Source: Candidatus Aldehydirespirator sp. (lineage in GTDB: Bacteria > Actinomycetota > Acidimicrobiia > Acidimicrobiales > Aldehydirespiratoraceae). Taken from it: a stretch of 64,000 nt of DNA. The notes under the pieces were generated by a model. That model was given only the letters and a program-made list of their open reading frames with translations, searched no databases and had not been told where the DNA came from. Numbering within the stretch: position 1 is the first letter of the stretch; each line of letters begins with the position of its first letter. Below are positions 8,028 to 17,368 of this stretch, piece after piece. Location of the stretch: the NCBI GenBank assembly GCA_965205155.1, contig OZ242033.1, positions 2,299,572-2,363,571 on the forward strand, written 5' to 3'. The translations under genes were made by a program, and so were the position numbers.

Positions 8028-9722
8028 ATGTGGCCCCTTATGGCGGTGCCGGTACTGGTCGCAGTGGCGTGGCCCTACGCGTCCGGAAGTCGCCACCTCG
8101 GCCACCTCGCCGGGGCCTACCTGCCGGCCGACATCTACGCCCGGTACCAGCGGTTGGCCGGCAACGACGTTCTGATGGTGAGCGGGTCGGACGTCCATGG
8201 CACGCCCATCACCGTGCGTGCCGATGCCGAGGGGGTCACTCCGTCCGAGATCGTGGAGCGTTACCACTCCGAGTTCTGCTGCCAGTGGGAGATGCTCGGG
8301 ATCTCGTGGGACCTGTACACCACCACCGGAACCGCCAACCACGCCGAGGTGACCCAGGACATGTTCCTGGTGCAGCTTCAGAACGGCTACATCGACAAGC
8401 GGGTCTCCGAGCAGTTCTACGACCCCGTGGGCGAACGGTTCCTGCCCGATCGCTACATCGAGGGCACCTGCCCGCGCTGCGACTACGGCGCGGCCCGCGG
8501 GGACCAGTGTGAGCACTGCGGCAGCACGCTGGATGCCACCGATCTGATCGAGCCGAGGTCCAAGATCAGCGGTGCAGTGCCGGAACTGCGTACGACCGAG
8601 CACTTCTACTTCCGCTACTCGGACTTCACCGGGAAGGTCGATGCCTGGCTCAGGACCCGCCAGGGATGGCGACCGCACGTGCTCAACTCCAGCTTCGGCT
8701 GGACCAACGAGGGTCTCCAGGACCGGGCGATAACCCGTGACCTCGACTGGGGAGTGGAACTGCCCGTCGACGACCTGGGGGAGGGCAAACGCATCTACGT
8801 GTGGTACGACGCGGTGATCGGCTACCTGTCGGCGTCCAAGGAATGGGCGGCCCGCCGTGGTGATCCCGACGCCTGGAAGCGCTGGTGGCACAACGACGAC
8901 GCACACCACGCCTACTTCATCGGGAAGGACAACATCCCGTTCCACGCCATGCTCTGGCCGGCCCAGCTGATGGGCTACGGCGGCCTGCACTTGCCCGACA
9001 ACGTTCCCGCGAACCAGTACGTGACTTTCTCCGGGGCGAAGATGGCCGCGGGCCGGGGCGTCGGCCTGACCATCGGTGCGGGCCTCAGCCTCTTCGAGCC
9101 CGACGCTCTGCGCTACGCGCTCGCCGCGGCCCTGCCCGAGCACGCCGACACCGAGGTCTCCATCGAGGAGATCGCCCGGCGGATCAACGACGAGTTGGTC
9201 GCCACATGGGGCAACCTCGTGAACCGGGTGCTGTCGTTGGCCCAGTCGGCGCTGGGGGGCGTGGTTCCGGAGGTCGGCCATCGGGACCCCTCCGACACCG
9301 ACCTGCTGTCCGCCACCGACGACGCCCTGCGCGAGGAGGCCGACTGCATCGAGCGGGTGGAGCTGCGGGCCGGCCTCCGCCGCGCCATGGAGGCCGCCGC
9401 CAGGGTGAACGCCTATCTCAACTCGAATGAGCCGTGGAAGCTGGCCTCGGCGGATCCGGACCGTGCCGCGGCGGTGCTGGTGACCGCGCTGGAGGCGATG
9501 GCCGGAGTGCGCACGGGCCTGGCCCCGTACCTGCCGTTCTCGACCGAGGCACTCGACGACCTGTTCGGTCCGGTCGAGAACTGGGAACGCCCCGACCTGC
9601 CGCCGGGCACAGCGGTTCCCAAGCCTGTGCCGCTGTTCGCCAAGGTGGACCTGGACGCCATCGATCTCGCCGCCGGCGGGGACGGGGCCCCAGAGGCCGA
9701 GCGGATAGGCGGCGATTCGTGA
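8028..9722 (+). CDS. metG: Methionine--tRNA ligase
   Basis: WPYASGSRHLGHLAG (HIGH-type motif), CPRCDYGAARGDQCEHCG zinc knuckle, GAKMAAGRG (KMSKS position), and an anticodon-binding C-terminal half. Confidence 0.95.
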   Translation: MWPLMAVPVLVAVAWPYASGSRHLGHLAGAYLPADIYARYQRLAGNDVLMVSGSDVHGTPITVRADAEGVTPSEIVERYHSEFCCQWEMLGISWDLYTTTGTANHAEVTQDMFLVQLQNGYIDKRVSEQFYDPVGERFLPDRYIEGTCPRCDYGAARGDQCEHCGSTLDATDLIEPRSKISGAVPELRTTEHFYFRYSDFTGKVDAWLRTRQGWRPHVLNSSFGWTNEGLQDRAITRDLDWGVELPVDDLGEGKRIYVWYDAVIGYLSASKEWAARRGDPDAWKRWWHNDDAHHAYFIGKDNIPFHAMLWPAQLMGYGGLHLPDNVPANQYVTFSGAKMAAGRGVGLTIGAGLSLFEPDALRYALAAALPEHADTEVSIEEIARRINDELVATWGNLVNRVLSLAQSALGGVVPEVGHRDPSDTDLLSATDDALREEADCIERVELRAGLRRAMEAAARVNAYLNSNEPWKLASADPDRAAAVLVTALEAMAGVRTGLAPYLPFSTEALDDLFGPVENWERPDLPPGTAVPKPVPLFAKVDLDAIDLAAGGDGAPEAERIGGDS

Positions 9723-9742
9723 TGATCATGGCGAGGCACATA

Positions 9743-9792
9743 GCGAGGCCGTGGCCCGAGCGGCCCGTGAGCGAAGCGAACAAGAGCGGGAG
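9743..9792 (+). repeat. Dispersed ~50-nt core repeat, copy B
   Basis: GCGAGGCCGTGGCCCGAGCGGCCCGTGAGCGAAGCGAACAAGAGCGGGAG, between the metG stop and the tatD start. Confidence 0.9.
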
Positions 9793-9846
9793 TGACACCG
9801 CTGCGGCACGACGGGCTATCGCCTGCCCGCGGATGGCCTGAGGGGC

Positions 9847-10614
9847 GTGGTTGCTGTGGCCTGGGCCGATCACCATTGCCACCTCCCCGCCGGGGAAGCG
9901 GCCGCCGCGGTGATCGCCGACGCACGGGCCGCAGGCGTCGAGGTGCTGATCAATGTCGGAACCGATGTGGAGGACTCGGGCAGAGCCCTTGCCGTGGCCG
10001 AGGCCCACGACGGGGTGTGGGCCACCGCGGGGGTCCATCCCCACGAGGCGTCGAGCGGCATCGACGGGCTGGAGTCCTTGATCGGGCGGCGCGAGGTGGT
10101 GGCCGTGGGCGAGGCTGGACTCGACTACCACTACGACCACTCGCCGAGGCCCGTGCAGAGGCGGGTGTTCGCCGCGCAGGTCGAGCTGGCCAACCGCCAC
10201 GATCTGCCGCTCGTGGTCCATTCCCGGTCGGCGTGGGACGACACCCTCGCGGTGCTCGACCGTGAGGGAATGCCGTCCCGGACGGTGATGCACTGCTTCA
10301 CGGGCGGCCCCCATGAGGCCGAGGAGTGCCTGCGACGGGGCGCGGTCCTGTCGTTCTCGGGGATAGTCACGTTCCCCAAGGCTCCCGAAGTGCGCGACGC
10401 CGCCCGGGCCTGCCCGCTCGACCGCCTGCTGGTGGAGACCGACAGCCCGTACCTGGCTCCGGTACCCCATCGCGGCAGGAGGAACCGCCCCGCCCTCGTG
10501 GGCGTCGTGGGAGCGGCGGTGGCGGAGGCCAAGGGTCTCGACGTGACTGATGTGGAGCAGTCGACTTGGGCGACCACCCGAGCGTTCTACGGCCTCGATC
10601 GAGAGGTCGGCTGA
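9847..10614 (+). CDS. tatD: TatD family hydrolase
   Basis: WADHHCHL, AVGEAGLDYHYD, PLVVHSR, MHCFTG and LLVETDSPYLAPVPHRG are TatD metal-binding motifs. Confidence 0.9.
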   Translation: MVAVAWADHHCHLPAGEAAAAVIADARAAGVEVLINVGTDVEDSGRALAVAEAHDGVWATAGVHPHEASSGIDGLESLIGRREVVAVGEAGLDYHYDHSPRPVQRRVFAAQVELANRHDLPLVVHSRSAWDDTLAVLDREGMPSRTVMHCFTGGPHEAEECLRRGAVLSFSGIVTFPKAPEVRDAARACPLDRLLVETDSPYLAPVPHRGRRNRPALVGVVGAAVAEAKGLDVTDVEQSTWATTRAFYGLDREVG

Positions 10615-10615
10615 G

Positions 10616-11251
10616 ATGAGAGCGCCTGCTCGGAGCGCCCGGCTGGGGTTGGTCGGGCTGGCCGCCGCCCTCGTGCTGGCCTTGATGGGCGGGCCCGCGG
10701 CGGCCCAGACATCGTCGACGTCTCCCGAAGTGGAGCCGACAGAGGTCGTCGACGTGAACGACTTCGCCGATCGGGCCCAGCAGTGGAGCGAAGCCCGGCG
10801 CCGAGCCCGGGAGGCAGCCCTCAAGCGCGCCCAGGAGTTGGCCGACGCGGCCCGCAGCACAACCACTACGACGACCACGACCACTGCGGCGCCGACCACC
10901 ACGACCACGACCACCACGACGACAACCACCACGGAGCCGCCGACCGCGACCGAGCCGGCTCCGATCAAGCACCCGATACCCGAGGGAACCACCGAAGAGC
11001 AGTGGCATGCCCTGCGGGAGTGCGAGTCGACGCAGAACTACCGGGCTGTGAGCAAGAGCGGCCGGTACCGCGGCGCCTACCAGTTCTCGATCCGTACCTG
11101 GGACTGGGTCGCAGGCATGCACTACCCGGACCTGGTCGGGGTTGATCCCATAGACGCTTCGCCCTCGGACCAGGACAAGATGGCCTACACGCTCTACGAG
11201 ATCAACGGCTGGGATCCCTGGCCGACCTGCAAGAAGAGGCTGCCCTACTGA
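10616..11251 (+). CDS. Secreted Rpf-like transglycosylase-domain protein with poly-Thr linker
   Basis: ATG 10616, two nt after the tatD stop. Signal MRAPARSARLGLVGLAAALVLALMGGPAAAQ, a long T-rich linker, and C-terminal WHALRECESTQNYRAVSKSGRYRGAYQFSIRTW...GWDPWPTC, which resembles resuscitation-promoting-factor domains. Confidence 0.8.
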   Translation: MRAPARSARLGLVGLAAALVLALMGGPAAAQTSSTSPEVEPTEVVDVNDFADRAQQWSEARRRAREAALKRAQELADAARSTTTTTTTTTAAPTTTTTTTTTTTTTEPPTATEPAPIKHPIPEGTTEEQWHALRECESTQNYRAVSKSGRYRGAYQFSIRTWDWVAGMHYPDLVGVDPIDASPSDQDKMAYTLYEINGWDPWPTCKKRLPY

Positions 11252-11280
11252 CCCACACCGAGTCGGAGCTGAAGGCGCTC

Positions 11281-12144
11281 ATGGACCGTTTCGGTGTGGC
11301 GCCGCGCCGATCCTTCGGGCAACACTTCGTAGCGGATCCCAACACGGTCAGGCGGATTGCCCGGCTCAGCGGTGCGGGGCCGTCGGATCGCGTGCTGGAG
11401 ATCGGTGCCGGGCTGGGTTCGCTCACCCTCGCCCTGGCCGAGACCGGTGCGGCGGTACGGGCCGTGGAGGTCGACACCGGTCTTGCCGCAGCTCTGCGCG
11501 AGGTGGTCGCGGAGGCCGGAGCATCCGATGTCGAGGTGGTCGAAGGAGACGCTTCGACGCTGGACTTCGACGAGGTGCTGAGAGGCTCTGAGCGATGGAT
11601 GCTGGTGGCCAACCTGCCCTACAACATCGCCACGCCGCTGGTACTGGACCTGCTGCGCGATGCCGCTTCCGTCGAGACGATGGTGGTGATGGTGCAACGG
11701 GAGGCGGGAGAGCGACTCACCGCGCCGGCTGGATCGAGAGTTCGAGGCATACCCAGCGTTCTCGTGGAGAGGCGGGGTACGGCGCGGGTGGTGGGCAGGG
11801 TCGCGGCGTCGGTCTTCCGGCCCCGACCGAAGGTCGAGTCGGTCGTGGTCCGGATCGAGCGCCCCCCGCGTTCGGAGGGGCTGACGCTTCCGCCGGAGAC
11901 AGAGGCTCGCTTCGAGCTGCTTGTGCGGGCGGGGTTCGGTCAGCGCCGCAAGATGCTGCGCCGGTCGCTGGCCGGACTGGTCACCCCCGAGGGCTTCGCG
12001 AGTGCCGCGGTGGACCCGGCCAGCCGACCCGAGACGCTCACGTTGGCCCAGTGGGTCGACCTGGCCCGTGCCGCGGAGGCCGAGCCAATGGACCGCGGCC
12101 AGCCGACGGGGCGCGGGCGAGGCCGTGGCCCGAGCGGCCCGTGA
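11281..12144 (+). CDS. rsmA: 16S rRNA (adenine1518-N6/adenine1519-N6)-dimethyltransferase
   Basis: FGQHFVADPNTVRRI, LEIGAGLGSLTLAL and ANLPYNIATPL. The last residues GRGPSGP and the stop are supplied by repeat copy C. Confidence 0.92.
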   Translation: MDRFGVAPRRSFGQHFVADPNTVRRIARLSGAGPSDRVLEIGAGLGSLTLALAETGAAVRAVEVDTGLAAALREVVAEAGASDVEVVEGDASTLDFDEVLRGSERWMLVANLPYNIATPLVLDLLRDAASVETMVVMVQREAGERLTAPAGSRVRGIPSVLVERRGTARVVGRVAASVFRPRPKVESVVVRIERPPRSEGLTLPPETEARFELLVRAGFGQRRKMLRRSLAGLVTPEGFASAAVDPASRPETLTLAQWVDLARAAEAEPMDRGQPTGRGRGRGPSGP

Positions 12145-12166
12145 GCGAAGCGAACAAGAGCGGGAA
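12117..12166 (+). repeat. Dispersed ~50-nt core repeat, copy C (overlaps the rsmA 3' end and provides its TGA)
   Basis: GCGAGGCCGTGGCCCGAGCGGCCCGTGAGCGAAGCGAACAAGAGCGGGAA. The rsmA stop is the TGA inside CCCGTGAGCG (12142-12144). Confidence 0.9.
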
Positions 12167-12177
12167 TGACGTAGTGC

Positions 12178-14463
12178 TCAGGATCCGGCATCTTGAGCGG
12201 CGTCGATGGCCCGCCACACCCTCTGGGGAGTGAACGGCATGTCCAAGTGGTCGATTCCCAGTGGCGCCAGCGCGTCGAGCACCGCGGCCTGAACGGCCGG
12301 GGTGGACCCGATGGTCCCCGATTCGCCGATGCCCTTCGCGCCGAGCGGGTTGAGCGGCGTCGGCGTCTCGGTGTGGGCGGTCTCGAATCGGGGCAGCTCC
12401 GATGCGGCCGGAACGGCGTAGTCGGCGAAGTTCGTGTTGCGGGGGTTGCCGTAGGAGTCGTAGGTCGTCTCCTCGTAGAGGGCCTGCGAGATCCCGGTGG
12501 CCACCCCTCCGTGAACCTGTCCCTCCACCAGGAGCGGATTGAGGATCCGGCCGCAGTCGTCCACCGCTATGTGGCGCAGCGCCCTGGTGTCGCCGGTATC
12601 GGCGTCGATCTCGACCACCGAGACGTGAGCGCCGAACGGATAGGTGGACTCGCTCTGGCTGAAGTCAGTCTCGACAGCCAGCCCACCGGGTTCGACGCCG
12701 TCCGGTAGATCGTCGGCCGTAGCGGCCGCGGCCAGGTCGGCCCAGGAGACCGTCGCGGCCGGCACACCGGCTACCGCCAGGCCGCCGGGAGCCACCACGA
12801 TGTCGTCGCGGTCGGCCTCCAGCAGGCCGGCGGCAAGACGCTTGGCCGTCTCCAGGACCTCATGGGCGGCCGTGAAGACCGCGCTGCCACCGATCTGCAG
12901 CGACCGGGACGCCACCGTGCCGGTGCCGCGGGGGACCTGGCCGGTGTCACTGTGGATCACCCGGGCCTGTGCGGCCGGAACGCCCAGGACCTCGCCCAGG
13001 ATCTGGGAGAAGGCGGTGGCGTGGCCCTGACCGTGGGACGCGGTGCCCACCCGGGCGGTGATGGTGCCGTCGAGTTCGACGGTGACCGCTCCGAACTCGT
13101 TGAACAGGCCTACTGCGGTCACCTCCACATAAGTGGACACCCCAACGCCGAGCAGCCTCCGGCTGCCCGAGGCGCGCCGGCGGGCCTGTTCCTGCCGCAG
13201 TTCGGCGTACCCGGCCTTCTCCAGAGCCAACTCGAGAGCCTGCGCGTACTCACCGCAGTCCATAGTGGCGCCGGTGGGGGTGGTGAGGGGGAAGTCGTCC
13301 GGCGCGAGCAGGTTGCGACGTCGCAACTCGGCGGGGTCCATTCCGATCTCGGCCGCAGCCATGTCGACGATCCGCTCCAGCGTGATAGTTGCCTCGGGCC
13401 GACCCGCCCCGCGGAAGGCCGCCACGGGCGTGGTGTTGGTGACGACCGCGACCGCTTCGTAGTGGACGGCCGGAATGCGATAGGGACCCGATGCCATCGA
13501 CATGGTGAAGAAGGGAATGAACCCGCCGATGCCGGGATAGGCGCCCACATTGGCGGTTGCCCTGATCCTGAGCCAACGGAACATGCCGTCAGCGGTGAGG
13601 CCCAACTCGACGTCGTGAACATGGTCTCGCCCCTGGGTCATGTTGATGAGGTTCTCGCTGCGAGTCTCCACCCACTTGACGGGTCGCTGCAGGTGCCGGG
13701 CCAGCCACGCGGCCGCGACGAACTCCGGGTACACCACGGCCTTCGGGCCGAAGCCGCCCCCCACGGCCGGGGCGATCACCCTCACCTGGTCTCCCTGCAC
13801 CCCGAGGGCTGCGGCCACCGCGTCGCGGGTCTCGTGGGGCCGCTGGGTCGTGCACCACAGCGTCACACCGTTGTCGCGGTCTCCGTTGCCGGGGGCCGCC
13901 AGCACCGCCGACGGCTCGATCGGGGCTCCCGACATTCGATGGTTGACGAACTGTCCTTTCACCACCACGTCGTGGCCGGTCATGGTCTCGGCCTCGGCGG
14001 TTGTGACGAACTCGATCGCCTTGTTCGATCCGTGAGCCTCGATGACCACCGGAGCGTCGGCTTCCAGAGCCTCGGACGGGTCGATCACGGCCGGCAGCGG
14101 GTCGTAGTCCACCTCCACCAGTTCGGCCGCGTCCACCGCGGCGGCACGGGACTCGGCCACCACCGCCGCGATCGGGTCGCCCACATAGCGGGCCTTGTCA
14201 GCCAGCGGCAGGCGGGCGAACTCCGGTGGGAGCATTATGAACAGGGGCTGGGGGGCAATGGGCACGTCCGCGGCGGTCCACACTCCGAGGACGCCCGGTG
14301 CCGACCGCGCCGCTCCGGTGTCGACGGAGGCGATGCGGGCGTGGGCCATCACCGAACGCACGAAGGCCACGTGCACCGTGGCGGGCGGGTCCATGTCGCC
14401 CACATAGCGGGCCTTGCCGGTGAGCAGGTCGGGATCCTCGCGTCTCAGCACGGCATTGCCCAT
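12178..14463 (-). CDS. Xanthine dehydrogenase/aldehyde oxidase-family molybdopterin-binding subunit (CoxL-like, form-II-type loop)
   Basis: ORF 12178..14823 trimmed to ATG 14463 (GAGAGGAGAG upstream). N-terminus MGNAVLRREDPDLLTGKARYVGD. Loop PVAAFRGAGRPEA resembles the AYRGAGR loop of form-II CoxL homologues. No adjacent FAD or FeS subunit genes. Confidence 0.85.
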   Translation of the reverse strand: MGNAVLRREDPDLLTGKARYVGDMDPPATVHVAFVRSVMAHARIASVDTGAARSAPGVLGVWTAADVPIAPQPLFIMLPPEFARLPLADKARYVGDPIAAVVAESRAAAVDAAELVEVDYDPLPAVIDPSEALEADAPVVIEAHGSNKAIEFVTTAEAETMTGHDVVVKGQFVNHRMSGAPIEPSAVLAAPGNGDRDNGVTLWCTTQRPHETRDAVAAALGVQGDQVRVIAPAVGGGFGPKAVVYPEFVAAAWLARHLQRPVKWVETRSENLINMTQGRDHVHDVELGLTADGMFRWLRIRATANVGAYPGIGGFIPFFTMSMASGPYRIPAVHYEAVAVVTNTTPVAAFRGAGRPEATITLERIVDMAAAEIGMDPAELRRRNLLAPDDFPLTTPTGATMDCGEYAQALELALEKAGYAELRQEQARRRASGSRRLLGVGVSTYVEVTAVGLFNEFGAVTVELDGTITARVGTASHGQGHATAFSQILGEVLGVPAAQARVIHSDTGQVPRGTGTVASRSLQIGGSAVFTAAHEVLETAKRLAAGLLEADRDDIVVAPGGLAVAGVPAATVSWADLAAAATADDLPDGVEPGGLAVETDFSQSESTYPFGAHVSVVEIDADTGDTRALRHIAVDDCGRILNPLLVEGQVHGGVATGISQALYEETTYDSYGNPRNTNFADYAVPAASELPRFETAHTETPTPLNPLGAKGIGESGTIGSTPAVQAAVLDALAPLGIDHLDMPFTPQRVWRAIDAAQDAGS

Positions 14464-14565
14464 GAACGAGCCTGATGGCAAGGTTCTCTCCTCTCTTCGC
14501 GGCGAGACCCGTGGACTGTAGCTTTCGCAGTGTGATCGAGGCGTTGATGTGATCGAGGCAGCAGT

Positions 14566-15318
14566 GTGATCGAGACATTCGCGCCGGCGAAGCTGACGCT
14601 GAGTCTGCGGATCACCGGGGTCCGGCAGGACGGCTACCACGAGGTCGACGCCGAGATGGTGACCCTCGATCTTGGGGATCGTCTCGAGATCACCGAGGGC
14701 GGGTCCGGTGTGCGAATGCTCGATGGGGTGGGGACCGAACTCCACGGCGTGGCCGGGCCCGGCGAGAACCTGGTCGAGCGTGCGCTGGTCCTGGCCGGGC
14801 GCCGGGCGGGGGTCACGGTGCACAAGCGGATCCCGATCGGTGCCGGGCTCGGGGGCGGATCAGCCGACGCGGCCGCGGTGCTGCGCTGGTCCGGGATCAC
14901 CGACACGGTGTCGGCCGCATCCATAGGCGCGGACGTGGCGTTCTGCCTTGCGGGCGGCCGAGCCCGGGTGACGGGCATCGGCGAGATCATCGAGCCGCTG
15001 CCCTACCTGTCCGAGCAGTACACCCTGTCGCTGGCACCAGTGGGATGCGACACCGCGGCCGTGTACGCGGCCTGGGACGAACTGGGGGGCCCTGCCGGCG
15101 AGCACGGCAACGACCTGGAAGCCGCGGCTCTGCGGGTTGTCCCGGAGTTGGCGGCCTGGCGCGACGAACTGGGCAACGCCACCGGGCTGACCCCGAGGCT
15201 GGCAGGAAGCGGCAGCACCTGGTTCGTCGGCGGTGCCCACCCGGGTCCGGGCCGCGTCGTGACCACGACCACCAGGCGGTCGCCCGACCAGCCTGAGGAG
15301 TGCGAGCGCGGCGTGTAG
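14566..15318 (+). CDS. ispE: 4-(cytidine 5'-diphospho)-2-C-methyl-D-erythritol kinase
   Basis: APAKLTLSLRITGVRQDGYHEVDAEMVTL and KRIPIGAGLGGGSADAAAVLRW (GHMP kinase motif). Confidence 0.92.
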   Translation: MIETFAPAKLTLSLRITGVRQDGYHEVDAEMVTLDLGDRLEITEGGSGVRMLDGVGTELHGVAGPGENLVERALVLAGRRAGVTVHKRIPIGAGLGGGSADAAAVLRWSGITDTVSAASIGADVAFCLAGGRARVTGIGEIIEPLPYLSEQYTLSLAPVGCDTAAVYAAWDELGGPAGEHGNDLEAAALRVVPELAAWRDELGNATGLTPRLAGSGSTWFVGGAHPGPGRVVTTTTRRSPDQPEECERGV

Positions 15319-15322
15319 GGCG

Positions 15323-15415
15323 CTACTTGCGTCGCTGATGTCGGGTTCGCCGAAGCATCTTCTTGTGCTTCTTCTTGCGCATGCGCTTGCGGCGCTTCTT
15401 TACGAGCGATCCCAC
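15323..15415 (-). CDS. Candidate 30S ribosomal protein bS22 (30 aa)
   Basis: Not resolved by the ORF track. Reverse strand GTG 15415 to TAG 15325-15323 gives VGSLVKKRRKRMRKKKHKKMLRRTRHQRRK, the pattern of actinobacterial bS22 (MGSVIKKRRKRM...-like). Confidence 0.7.
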   Translation of the reverse strand: MGSLVKKRRKRMRKKKHKKMLRRTRHQRRK

Positions 15416-15510
15416 GGAGGGAGAACGCTACCGGGATGGGCGTCCGAACACGCATCTTGACGACACTGGCTATTGTTGGCCGCGGCCGTCCGCCCCCGGG
15501 CGGGCGCCGA

Positions 15511-15583
15511 TGGCCGGTAGTTCAACTGGTAGAACGTCGGACTTTGGCTCCGGATGTTGCAGGTTCGAGCCCTGCCCGGCCAG
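15511..15583 (+). tRNA. tRNA-Gln (anticodon TTG)
   Basis: Hand-folded cloverleaf. Acceptor TGGCCGG/CCGGCCA, D arm GTTC-AACTGGTA-GAAC, anticodon arm TCGGA-CTTTGGC-TCCGG, T arm GCAGG-TTCGAGC-CCTGC. Confidence 0.85.
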
Positions 15584-15627
15584 CACCGTCAATGCTCAAG
15601 CCCGCGCTGCCCCTTGGCCGTCCTACA

Positions 15628-16620
15628 ATGCCGGTCGCCATGAAGCAGCAGACCCAGAAAGAGCTCCGCATCGTGTCGGGGCGGTCGAGCGAGGCCTTCG
15701 CCGCGAGCGTGTGCTCGGAACTCGGCGTCGAGTTGGGCACGAGCCACATCGAGAACTTCGCCAACGGTGAGATCCATGTGCGCTACGGCGAGTCGATCCG
15801 GGGCTGCGACGCCTTCATCGTCGGGACCCATGCCGAATGGGAAGGCGGCTCCATCAACGATGCCATCCTGGAGCAGCTCGTCATGGTCGACGCGGCCAAG
15901 CGGGCCTCCGCCAAGCGCATCACCGTGGTGGCTCCCTTCTACGGATACGCGCGCCAGGACCGCAAGGCCTCCGGCCGGGAGCCCATCTCGGCCCGGCTCC
16001 TGGCCGACCTGTTCCTGGCAGCCGGAGCCAAGAGGCTGCTGTCGGTCGATCTGCACTCCGGCCAGATCCAGGGGTTCTTCGACGGTCCGGTCGACCATCT
16101 CACCGCGATGCCGGTGCTCCTCGAGTACCTGCAGTCCCTGAAGGGCGAGGACCTGGTGATCGTGTCGCCCGACGCGGGACGGGTGAAGGTGGCCGAGCGA
16201 TACACCCATCAGCTCCACGCCGATCTGGCCATCGTCCACAAGCGCCGGCAGAACGCCAAGAATGAGGTGTCGGCCAAGGAGATCGTGGGCGAGGTCGACG
16301 GCCGCACCTGCGTCATCGTCGACGACATGATCGACACCGGCGGCACCATCGTGGCCGCCGCGGAGCTGCTGGCCGCCAACGGGGCCAGCCGGGTGATCGC
16401 GGCCACCACCCATGCCGTGTTCTCCGGGCCGGCGGTGGAGCGCCTCAGGGACTCCGTCATCGATGTGGTGGTGTGCACCGACACACTGCCGCTGACACCC
16501 CGGAAGCAGTTCTCGAAGCTGCAGGTGGTGTCGGTGGCGCCCATCGTGGCCCGAGCCATCTCGGCGGTGTTCGAGGACACGTCGGTCAGTGAGATCTTCG
16601 GCGGAAACAACCTGGTGTAG
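15628..16620 (+). CDS. prs: Ribose-phosphate diphosphokinase
   Basis: FANGEIHVRYGESIRGCDAFIV, YARQDRK, DLHSGQIQGFF and VDDMIDTGGT. Start is ATG 15628 or ATG 15640. The longer track ORF overlaps the tRNA. Confidence 0.93.
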   Translation: MPVAMKQQTQKELRIVSGRSSEAFAASVCSELGVELGTSHIENFANGEIHVRYGESIRGCDAFIVGTHAEWEGGSINDAILEQLVMVDAAKRASAKRITVVAPFYGYARQDRKASGREPISARLLADLFLAAGAKRLLSVDLHSGQIQGFFDGPVDHLTAMPVLLEYLQSLKGEDLVIVSPDAGRVKVAERYTHQLHADLAIVHKRRQNAKNEVSAKEIVGEVDGRTCVIVDDMIDTGGTIVAAAELLAANGASRVIAATTHAVFSGPAVERLRDSVIDVVVCTDTLPLTPRKQFSKLQVVSVAPIVARAISAVFEDTSVSEIFGGNNLV

Positions 16621-16672
16621 TACACCTTTCGGGGCAGTGGAGCGGACTCCGCTCGGCAGTAGCCTCAGGCGG

Positions 16673-17344
16673 ATGGCTATGAACCTGGTGAAGGCCGAGA
16701 TCGGCCGGGAGCAAGGCACCCGGCCCAGCCGGCGGCTGCGCCGGACCGGGCGCGTCCCCGCAGTGGTCTATGGCATGGGTGCAGAGCCGCTGACGGTGTC
16801 GGTGGACAAGACCGACCTGCGGGTCGCGCTGAACACCGAGGCCGGGCTGAACGCCCTGATAACGCTCGACGTCGAAGGCGGCCGGCAGCTGTCGATCGTC
16901 AAGGACCTCCAGCGCCACCCGGTCCGCCGCGACGTGCTCCACGTCGACTTCCTGCGGATAGATCCCGACCAGGAGGTGGAGGTCGACGTTCCTCTTATCC
17001 TCACCGGCGAGGCCAAGAAGGTCACCCAGGCCAGCGGGATGGTCGACCAGGTGATGCACCACCTGCCGGTGCTGGCCAAGCCGGCCGACATCCCCGTCGA
17101 GGTCACCGCGGACGTCAGCGACCTGGAGGTCGGATCCTCGCTGCGGGTGAGCGACATCGATCTGCCCGCGGGGGTAACGCCGGCCGGCGACGGCGACGCC
17201 ACCTTCGCGGTGGGCCTCATCACCCGCTCCACCAAGGAGTACCTGCGCCAGCTGAAGGCCGAGGAGGAGGCCGCGGAGGCGCTCATCGTCATGGGCGAGG
17301 CCGCCGATGACGAAGAGGCGGCCGAGGACGAAGAAGAGTCCTGA
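16673..17344 (+). CDS. rplY: 50S ribosomal protein L25/general stress protein Ctc
   Basis: RRLRRTGRVPAVVYG, LQRHPVRRDVLHVDFLRI and an acidic C-terminal tail. Start ATG 16673 or 16679. Confidence 0.9.
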   Translation: MAMNLVKAEIGREQGTRPSRRLRRTGRVPAVVYGMGAEPLTVSVDKTDLRVALNTEAGLNALITLDVEGGRQLSIVKDLQRHPVRRDVLHVDFLRIDPDQEVEVDVPLILTGEAKKVTQASGMVDQVMHHLPVLAKPADIPVEVTADVSDLEVGSSLRVSDIDLPAGVTPAGDGDATFAVGLITRSTKEYLRQLKAEEEAAEALIVMGEAADDEEAAEDEEES

Positions 17345-17368
17345 GACCGGCCGGCGCGCCTTCTAGTA

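Noticed and set aside
11248-11281. Possible upstream CTG start for rsmA overlapping the rpf stop (CTGA)
   Set aside because: It is in frame and would add a plausible THTESELKAL segment, but CTG initiation is rare and cannot be supported from sequence alone. ATG 11281 is kept.
12178-14823. 120-codon N-terminal extension of the CoxL-like ORF reaching into ispE
   Set aside because: The canonical family N-terminus MGNAVLRREDPDLLTG starts at ATG 14463 with a good RBS. The extension overlaps the ispE start region and has no family similarity.
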